A DNA stretch of 45,062 bases from Guillardia theta CCMP2712 (Eukaryota > Protista > Cryptophyta), in assembly GCF_000315625.1 (NCBI RefSeq), contig NW_005434587.1, forward strand, positions 297,027 through 342,088. Direction: 5' to 3'. A program made the position numbers and the translations under genes. The notes under the pieces are model-generated. The model was not told where the DNA came from. It saw nothing but the letters and a program-made list of their open reading frames with translations, and did not search any database. This document shows, piece by piece, positions 14,570 through 23,951 of the stretch. The first letter of the stretch is position 1. Each line of letters begins with the position of its first letter.

Positions 14570-17065
14570 TTACAGCAGCGTCAACCTGGGCGACCTCTTC
14601 GCCTCCCCGTCAGGGCTGTCGCTGACTCTTCCTACCGCTGTCGTAGCAGGTCAGAAGCTTCTTGAAACTGCATGGCACTAGGGACCTTGCAGCTGCGGGT
14701 TCTCTACGGGGCCGTCGCTTGCGCCTGCGGCAATACGAGCAGCGTTGGGCGCCTCGACCACCCGCTTGGCAGCTGATGAAGACATGATTACATCCTTTCT
14801 GCCTCCCCCTCCTCCCTCCTGCTCTCCCCCCCCTCCAACCTCCCGCTCCCCTCAAAGCTACCTCCGTCAGAATCCTTCTTCTGCACTTTCTTCACACCTA
14901 TCGACACAGTAAGAGGAGGAGAGAGAAGAGCGACTTCAAATCACCATCCACGAGTTTGCCAAAAGCGATCGCAGGGACTGAGAAAAGTTTCAACGCCACC
15001 TGCGAGGCATCAGCTACGTCGCCCTCCCACGTCGACTTGTCTCTCACTCTACCGACGTTGGCAGGCCGATTAATATAAGCTGGGATCTTCTTTCCTGTCA
15101 AGCATACGCAGAGCTCCTGCAGGAGGGTCAAGGTGAAAGCTTGGAGGTCGTTTGAAGCATTCGACGCTCACATTGCTGAAATGGTTGCAATTTCTTCGAA
15201 CCAGATCGTACGTGTCTCCTCGATACTTCTCTGCCAGTCTGGTACCAGCAAGTCATTTCACATGACAAAGAGAAATGCGGGCAAGCAATAAGGAACGCTA
15301 GACCGACCTCGACAGGAGATGATCGACTTCATGACGCGAGCGGTTGATATGCCCCATCGTGATCGCCTGTTCCCTCACTGTCAACTCACCAGCAGAGGGG
15401 CTGGACGGCAGGAGCAGTCTCAACCTCCTTGAAGGTGATTCGTGGCATGACGCCTCCCGCACATCGAGATGGCACTTCAAAAACGCCCTGTAAGAGAAGG
15501 TCACTTTCGATCACCATCCCTCTTTCTACTCACAGTACAGCCATCGTCAGAGTAACCAAAAGAAATTTCCCGTCCATAGACTTCAATGCCCGAATGATAG
15601 ATACCGAACCCCATCCCTGGTAGACCAGAGTTCACTTTCTTTTTCTTCCCGTCCTTATCATCCTGGAGCCGCTTCAGACAAGAACAGCCAATGGACGAGA
15701 TTACTTGTCCCCATGCTAGATCATACACGTTGCAGTAAACAGGAACAGCTTCTTCCGGCCTTAGGTAGTACTGCTCGGCCGTTACCACCTTCTCGAACTT
15801 CTCAACTTCCTTTAAAATCTGAGATCTGCCCTCAGTCCCACGGCACACATAGTCATACGCTCACCGCTGGGTTGGTTCGAGCCTCGCTATACTTCTCGAG
15901 CGCTTTCTCTACCTCCCCCTGCCAACCAACTCAGCTTCTCTTGTTATCTGAGGGGACGAGTATGCTGTGAGACCTGCGTCTCAACCATGAGCAGCGCGAG
16001 GATGTGAGGATTGACGCCAGATCCTATCAGAGCCGCAAGGGATTCGTACGGTTTTCTCGGCGTGTTGTCACTGCATGGTAACAATTGAATAGCTGCACAC
16101 AAGGTGTGAGGAAAGGCGTACTTGTCCTCCAGCGTCTGATGATGTGTGGTGCTCCTCCCAATCCCAAGATCCTCGCTTGGTAATGGAATTCCTGCTCCGT
16201 CGTACGAATTGATCATCACAAAATCCTTGCTCTCGCTCTCAAAGAAAGTCTCCAAGGCCATTTGCACGTTGCCGCCTACGAGGAAGTGAGGAGGGCAGGT
16301 CGAAGCATGAGATTCTTGTACCCGCATTTCGTAGAAGCTGCTCCAGAACCTCGTCAGGCACATCCAATCCCACGACAGATCGCATCGCATCGAACTTCTT
16401 GTCTAGGTCCAGCTGAAGGGGGGGGATCAGGCGTCAAGAAGGAAGATGAGGGGCAGAATCACTTGAGCTTGTCCGGCGGAGCGATTCGGTGGAGCAGTTC
16501 CCGGCCGTCTGCGTCTAGATCTAGAGGATGACGATAAGAGATGGAAACATCGAATAAAGGAATTCGAAACAACGAAATCCAACGTGTCACTGTCTCATAC
16601 CTCTCCATCGCGTGGGCATCCATGTTCAAGTGTTCCAACGAGTTTTGCACATCTTTTCAAGAATGTAAGGACTCAACGTGTGCGCACATACTCAATACCA
16701 GTGAAATCGATGGGCCCCTGGTCTCCATTCTCATACGCCATATCTCCTGACACGGGTTCTTGAGGTTGTGATGACTCTGAATTCGGCTCGAGACGTTGGC
16801 AATTTGCCTGCATGAGCAGAATCTGCAACAACCAGCCACTCAATCTATGAGAAAGGAACAATGCTGGTTCACCTCCGGTCCTCGGTCAAAGAAGAGAGAC
16901 ACCGCCGCATCTAAGTCTCGCGCGGTGTATCTGCCGGACGCCAATGGTGAGATTTCCAGCGAGTTGCACATTTGTTAGGTCTTACTTGAGAAGATTTTCA
17001 GCCTGTTCTGCTGTGACATTGTCTTCCCCCAAGACGGATCGAAGTGCGGCTATTTCACCTTCCAT
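14570..17065 (-). CDS. PPPDE/DeSI family (peptidase C97) deubiquitinase/desumoylase with three N-terminal UBA/CUE-like repeats
   Basis: VYCNVYDL..GFGIYHSGIEVYGREISFG..GVFEVP..LAEKYRGDTYDLVRRNCNHFSN/ELCVCLTGKKIPAYINRPANVG has the catalytic His and Cys. Upstream exons give three helical repeats ending DAAVSLFF, QMALETFF and EKALEKY. The start at ATG 17065 is tentative. Confidence 0.85.
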
Positions 17066-18089
17066 CCCTTCACCTGGGGATGCTATTTACCAACGTGCAT
17101 ATCAAGTGGTCGATGTGGATTGTTACGAAGCCTCTTGAACTCTATCAAAGAAAAATTTCTCTCATAGATGAGAAAATTGCAGCATGTTCATATGGCATAC
17201 AACAAACAACGGATTCTTTGAGACCGTCTCAGATCATTCTATGTGAGCATAAACTTTTCTTACATTCATTCAACGACTATTTCAAATTCAGGTCTTAAGC
17301 CGATGAGGAAAGTTTTGGTCATGCAAAAAGTGCGTGCAGTGTAATCATGGCAAAGCAAACAGTCATTCTCATATTGCTTATCTGTTGCATCGTTACTGGG
17401 CAAGAAACATGCGGCCCCATTCAGAAGATGATGTGAAAGACATTGAAACTATGCGTGGCGAATTGGATGGGGGAAGAATAGACATTGTATGAAGAATCAT
17501 GAATAGCGAATAAGGATGTGAGACGACAACATATCAATCAGACAATGGAAGTTAATTCCAGTCACATCACATGATCATCAGACGCCCTATACCACATCTA
17601 CCATTCGACTGTTCCAAATTTCACCACACAACTCCAAGTTTCTCTGCTTCTCCCCCTTTCCCACTTCTCTTCTGTGCAACATAGCTTCTTTCTCTTATTT
17701 CATGGAGTTGATATCCTTCTCCTTCCCCCCCGCCTCTCCTCCCCTCTCCTCCCCCCCTCCATTCTGATGTCCCCTCCTGACCGCTCCATGGAGGACATGT
17801 TTGCGGAAAAGACGATTGGAGTGAGAGAGGCGGTCATGGGGGTGGGGTGTGTGGAGAATTCGGGTAGGGTACTTCGTGAAAGGTTTAGGGTGGGGTGGGG
17901 TGATAGGAGTTTGATGGGGTCCTTTGTGGGTAGGGTTGTATGGTGTTGTATGGTGGGGTAGTCGTAGCTGCAATGCCCCTACCCCTACCCCCACTTGAAC
18001 ACTGACTACTACCCCCCATTTAACCCAAATCCGGTTGCGGGTCCCTCACCAAATCTTATCACCGACCCGCCTCAGCACTTTTAACTTCA

Positions 18090-18480
18090 AGGCTAGTGAC
18101 TTTCAGAGTAAAGACCGACAGCCTGGCTGACTCCGGGACTCGGGACGGTCGAGCCTGCCGGCGCAGTGCCGGCGGCTCCGACGCCGCCCGGCCGCCTCAG
18201 CCTCCGGGCAAGTCACGGGCCCAAGTTCGGAAGCACGGTCAAAACTTGCCGAGGCGGCGGCGGAGCCGAAACGGGCTCTCAGGCTCGGAAGGACTGAGGC
18301 CCTCGGAGGGACTTCAGTAAGCTGACGAAAGATCCTGGACCGGAGTATGCGTCACCCGGCGTTTGCAAGCCCGGGCCTTGAGTCAGGCTCAGTCACTCAG
18401 TGCTCGAGCCCGGAGCCCGCGGGCCGGGCCCGCCTGAGCGGCCGCCCGGGCCGAGGGCCGGCCGCCCGGCCTGAAGCCTG
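18090..18480. promoter_or_regulatory. GC-rich island between two divergently transcribed genes, flanked by GGGGT/TACCCC tracts
   Basis: Composition, plus position between the 5' ends of the PPPDE gene (-) and the LamG/IPT gene (+). The regulatory role is inferred. Confidence 0.4.
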
Positions 18481-19039
18481 ATAGTGTAGTAGTACAACAA
18501 ACTTTAATCAACTAGCAGCAACAATACTTGGGGGTGAGGAATGATAACAGAAACTAAAACTTAAATGGTACAAGATTATTATATTAATACAATTTCTGTA
18601 TGAATATTTTACATGCCGTAGCATTTTATAAATGCTTTTCGGCAGTTTATCTTCCAACTGCCGACAGTACCCCCGTTCTTTCCGTCCATTTTGAAAGGAT
18701 AGTCACCGGTAGTAGCGTCAACAAATGAAGAAGGATATAGGGCAATGCTAGATGATTATTTAATTGGAACACTAAGTAAAAACAGACATCTCCACTACAT
18801 TCGCTTTTCTCCCATCACCCCCACCCTTTCACGACAACCCACCTCCCCCAGTGGGGTCACTGTTTTGGAATAGATCGCATGGCGGCAAGCTGTTGAGCAA
18901 GAGTTGACATCAAGCGCGGATTCAAAAGCTGATTGTTGTCCTTCTCCTACCTCTTCCTCGTCCTTCCCTCCTGCTCCTCCTCCAATCCTTCAAAGTTTGT
19001 GCCGCATTTCCCTGCTGTTGAACGTTACAAGGAAGACAA

Positions 19040-22000
19040 ATGATCAACCGCACCTGGTTTATCGCCTGTGTTCTTCTCTGCATCTCAATGATCAGCTACA
19101 CGGACGCTCAATGGTCTAACCCTATCAAGTCTGTGATTTCGGGTGTTGGGACCTATTTTGCACGTCAGGTTTGTTAGATCTTCTCTCTCACCCACAGCAT
19201 CATTTCACTCATACTCGTTTGATATAGCTTCCCAAGACACTCACTGGCCCGTTTGGACCTGATCCGACCCATCCTAACCTGAGGTTCTGGTTCACTCCGG
19301 ATACCTTCGAGCAGGTTCAGATTGGATGACCATCAGCCTTCATGCTGATACAGAACAGGACAACGTCGCAGACAACACGCCCGTTGAAACGTGGAGAAAC
19401 GTAGCCCAGCTTGGAGTGATCAATGGAGTACAGACTCTCTATGGTGATCCTGAACAACCTGAGAGATTGATGCAAACTACATCTTCTCAGAAGGTCTGAC
19501 ATGATAGCTTGACACCTTCCTTGATACTTGTATTGACTTCTCTGTCAGCCACTGTACAAGCGCGGAGTCCTGAATGGCCATGGAGTTGTACGATTTGCCC
19601 GATCAAACACAGATGGGAGCACAGGACAACGACTCGTAATGTACCAGAATAGCTCTGCAACAGACAAGGGCTTCATGATGAATCCTTTCGCTAATTCCTT
19701 CACCATGATGATGGTGGTCAAAACCAATCAGGTAAACAAATATACAACGTAGGAGTTTTTGCAAATTTGATATGCTCTTCTTCAGAACGTAGGAGATACC
19801 GGAGAGATGGGAATTTTCAGCGCAGGAGAGACAGAAAATGGGGCGACGGGTGAGAAGGGATTGCATGTCTTCAAGACATGCTCTACCTGTACTCAGAACG
19901 GAGGTAGCCCCCCGAAATGCTTTCAGGTAATCTTTGATATAGTTAGTATTGCAGTTTTTGATATTTGAATAGGGAAAGTATGCTAGTCTTAGCACCCTGA
20001 ATGCACTCTATGGTCAGAGCACAGAGATTTTGACCGGAAGTGAAGCAGCAATGAAGAACTGTGAATCGGAATGCGCTTCTGGATGTGACTTGAATCGGAT
20101 TCCAGACGCCTGCGCTTCACAGTATGTGTTTTGAATTCAAAACAACTTTTGAGCGAGGTAAATCATGTGAATAGGTGGGGTCCAACCGGGCATAGGAACC
20201 TCCAAGACCCTGACCAAATGTTCAGAATTTTGACCGTTCGTGTCACAAATTCGAACTCGCAGGCAACTCTTGAAGTCTTCATCGATGGGTTGCATGCCAG
20301 CACGCAGGTAGATTCAAGCATCAAAATTTGACCGTCTGAATGTTCAATGTTGCTTAGCCTCCGATCCAAATTTCTCAAGTCACCCCTCCGACTATCGTTC
20401 AATTCATGTTGGGCGTGAAGGCATTCAACAATGACACCAATCTGCAGTACATGTCTGGAGACATTGCAGAGGTCAGTCTGAATGGAATTGTGATGTGATC
20501 CTGTGACTAGAATGCAAACTAGGTTCTTGTGTACAATACTTCTCTGACAAATCTTGAAGCGGACAGGGTAAGTTTTAAAATGCTGCCTGGTATGGTCTGA
20601 ACCATACATTCAAGATTGGTCATTATCTGTCGAAGAAGTATGGTATACCCTATTTCCGCTTGGATGCAGAAATCGAATCGAGCACACGATCAGTTCCTTT
20701 CTCCTGCTCCGATTGTGCCGGGAATGGTCCGATCGGAGAGGGTGGTATCATAAAAGATGGTGGAATAACAGAAGACTATTGTTATGAAGCGCAAGGAAAC
20801 GTAGATCACGTGCAGTCAACAAAGTAAGTTGTCAAGCATTTTTATCTTCTTATCAACTGTGTTCGAATATTCTGCCTTTCTCATGTAACAACAGAGTTTT
20901 CAACATAACTACGACGAATACTGTTCAAGACAATTGCTTCAAAGACATGTACATTCGAGTTTGTGAAGGAAGCTGCCTGGAAGATTCCAACAAAGGTCTC
21001 ATATTAAATCTTAAGGGTACGAGCAAGGTATCAGAAAGCAAATATTTTCACATTTCTGACTTCTTTGAAGATCGTTTCTAACTCCATGACGGAACTTACT
21101 ATGGAGACTGCAATCACTGGTGTGGCTTCTGGCGATGCTGTCATTATCGCAAATGCTCACAAGGTCAAACTCGCTGGGGCAACAAATATTTATGGAATCA
21201 AAGCGGCAGATGAGGATGACTACTATAGCTACAAACGCGGGATGAACATATTCTTCCCAACAGGGTATTATAATTCATTGCATGCACTAGTGTCTAAAGA
21301 CATTCTTCAGGCGATGCGAGGGAAAAGCTGCACGTATTTTGAGCTACAATGCAACCTCGAGATGCGCAACCATCGGAGGAGACTTGGAAGTGGGCGACTA
21401 CGACCTTCAAAGTGTTGCCACCCTGAAAGACCAATGGGGATTCTGCTCTGGTACTAACTGCCAGGGTCCTAGCGTGGGTGGAATCGGAGGAGCAGGAGAT
21501 GGTCACATATCTAGTGTTAAGATTCTGAGCAAAACCACAAGTGGCTGCACAACAGGAATGCAGATCACTGCCTCATCATCAACGGGAACCGGTTTCTATG
21601 CTGTCATCACTGCAACCAGCGGACAGATTGACAGTATCCAAGTGATTTCCCATGGATATGGATACACTACAGCGCCTTACTTGATAATTTCTGATCCAGC
21701 CTGTACCTGCGACTCTCTTACATGGGAAAATGCCTCGACTGCTGTCAATAGTGGAGCATGTCTTCAAGCCATCGTTGGGAGATTTGCTGACAGTACTGCC
21801 TGTGTCCCAGAGCCAGGACAGAGATATTTGATCGCACGAGACTACAAGTATCAGGTAGCATTCTTCATATTGTTGTGCTTCGCAATGACTCTTGACTACA
21901 GAACGTCCGGACTAGTGGATACTATTACGGAGCAAATTACATCAGTGGCGGAGCATTTCAAGAAGGGCCAGCGTCTGGGGGATCTTTTGTTCGCATACGT

Positions 22001-23120
22001 GGAGCTTATCTCTTTCCCAATGACATGCACATTGATGGAGTGGCAAGTGTTACAAACGTTCAGCTGATGAATGGTAAAGACGCGATCACCAACTTGAAGT
22101 ATCTCCAGGTATCTCCAAGTCCAGCTCTCGAGCTGTATTTCCCTGATCCTCCCTCAGGTCAAGATTGGAGGGAACGTTGCGGATGCTTGTACCCTCTACA
22201 ATTTTCCACGGGGAAATGATCCAGCTGGCACGAGGTCCCTGACTGTGTACGACTACAGCGCAGTGGACGAGCTGCCTGAGATTCGATGCAAAGTGCCGTC
22301 TGGCGTCGGAAATGGAAATGACTTGGAAGTTTCGTGGCACGGGGTAGCAGTCACCATCTCCAATTGGTTCAAGTACTCCAAGCCGATTGTTCGAAGGGTC
22401 TCTCCTGTTTCCGTCTCGTACAGTGGAGGAGATAAAATCACCATCTACGGCAACAACTTCGGTCCTCAGGCTGCTTGGGCGACGGGGTCCAGTCATCCGG
22501 TAGATCCTTCAAGTTGAAATGCTCAAGACTCACATTGGTCTCAGGGAAGGATAGAGCTCTACAATCGCGGATATCAGTCGTGTAGCAAGGTGGAATACAT
22601 CTCGGACAGCGAACTCCGATGCATTGTTCCTGCTCTTCGTCCGGTGAACTTGAACTTTGACAAGAGCACGAGGACTCTCAATGTCAAAGTCGTTGTGAAC
22701 GTGGGCAATCAAGCAAGTGCGTTGGACACAGCCCCCGCCTTGACGTACCAGAAGGTTTCTTGCCGCGTCTCTCGTTCATCCTCCTCTTGACACTCCCGTA
22801 CAGGTTCCAACCTACTACTCTTGTGCTATCGCTGCCAACGACGTCTGCATGAGCTGCTGCAGAGGAGCATGCATGCTTGACGCCATCGCAGACAGCCCGA
22901 CCTCGTCGATCTCCTCCAGGTACTCTCCGAGGGTCGAGAGCTCTGCAGCTGATCCTCTTCCAGTTGCGATACAACTTGCTATCGGTTTTGCGGGATCTTG
23001 TCCTCAAGTCGACGACTGCTTGAGGTGGGAGCCGAGCAGCTGCTTCCTTCGCCGCCTCTGACGCGATTCATTCAGGTGCTTCGTCAGATCATGGAGACAC
23101 GGAATAGCACCAGGCGCTAG
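19040..23120 (+). CDS. Large secreted protein: signal peptide, LamG/concanavalin-A-like domain, Cys-rich segments, IPT/TIG domains, Cys-rich tail; many exons
   Basis: Signal peptide MINRTWFIACVLLCISMISYTDA. ConA/LamG-like LRFWFTPD..TWRN..PLYKRGVLNGHGVVRF..FTMMMVVK..MSGDIAE/VLVYNTSLTNLEADR/IGHYLSKKYGI. IPT/TIG motifs IRCKVPSGVG..FKYSKPIVRRVSPVSVSYSGGDKITIYGNNFG..YISDSELRCIVP. Ends ...SSSRRLLE/VLRQIMETRNSTRR* (TAG 23118-23120). Confidence 0.75.
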
Positions 23121-23652
23121 ATATTCTCGTCGAGCTTTGAGACTTGTGCTTTATGAAATGAAAGATTATTTTCTGCACTCCACTTGTGTGTACAGCCTTT
23201 GACCATCCAATTGTTCTGTCTATCTTCTTTCTCGACTTGTGTCTTTGCAGTTGCGCATCGGACTTGTGAAGTCAAGTCGGAGCCTCTACCCTCCTCTAAT
23301 TGCTCGATATCTTGTTCCGGCTATTCGCCTTCTCTATGCTCCCTCTGCTCCTGCTCCCTCTGCTCCTGCTCTCTTTCGCTCAACCTCATCCTACCATCTC
23401 CGCCTCCTCTCGCTTATTTTCTCGCCTGTTTTCATTGCCTCCTCTTCTCAACAAAGTTTCCTTCTCCGAGGAACAGTCCTGTACCCCACCCTCGTTCATT
23501 GCAACCATCTCCTCTCCCTACCCCACATTTCCTCATGGAGTACCCCTGATAGAATAATGCACTTCAAAACACCCACCCCATCCAGCTTTCCGCCTTTCCA
23601 GCCGTAAGATGCAAGCAAGCTGATCAAGGCCAACAGCTAACGGCAAGACAAC

Positions 23653-23653
<1 letters not shown>

Positions 23654-23717
<64 letters not shown>

Positions 23718-23800
23718 CGCTCCTGCTTCTGCTCCTGCTTCTGCTCCCTCTCCGGCTGCCGCTCCCGCTCCCGCCCTTGCCCCTGTTCCTGCTCCCTCTC
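23654..23800. repeat. (CTCCTG)n hexamer microsatellite upstream of the PDRP-PAS gene
   Basis: Directly visible and degenerates towards 23800. Confidence 0.9.
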
Positions 23801-23951
23801 CTAGCTTGACTTGGTACTGCAGAGAACTTCCAGATTTCCTGACCTCATCTCGCCACAACGACCTGGATGTTCAGCAAGAGGATTTCATCCTTCCGTTGCC
23901 ACAGAAATGTTGGTCGTGTCCACCACTCGACCAGGTGTCAAGTTAAAGTTG

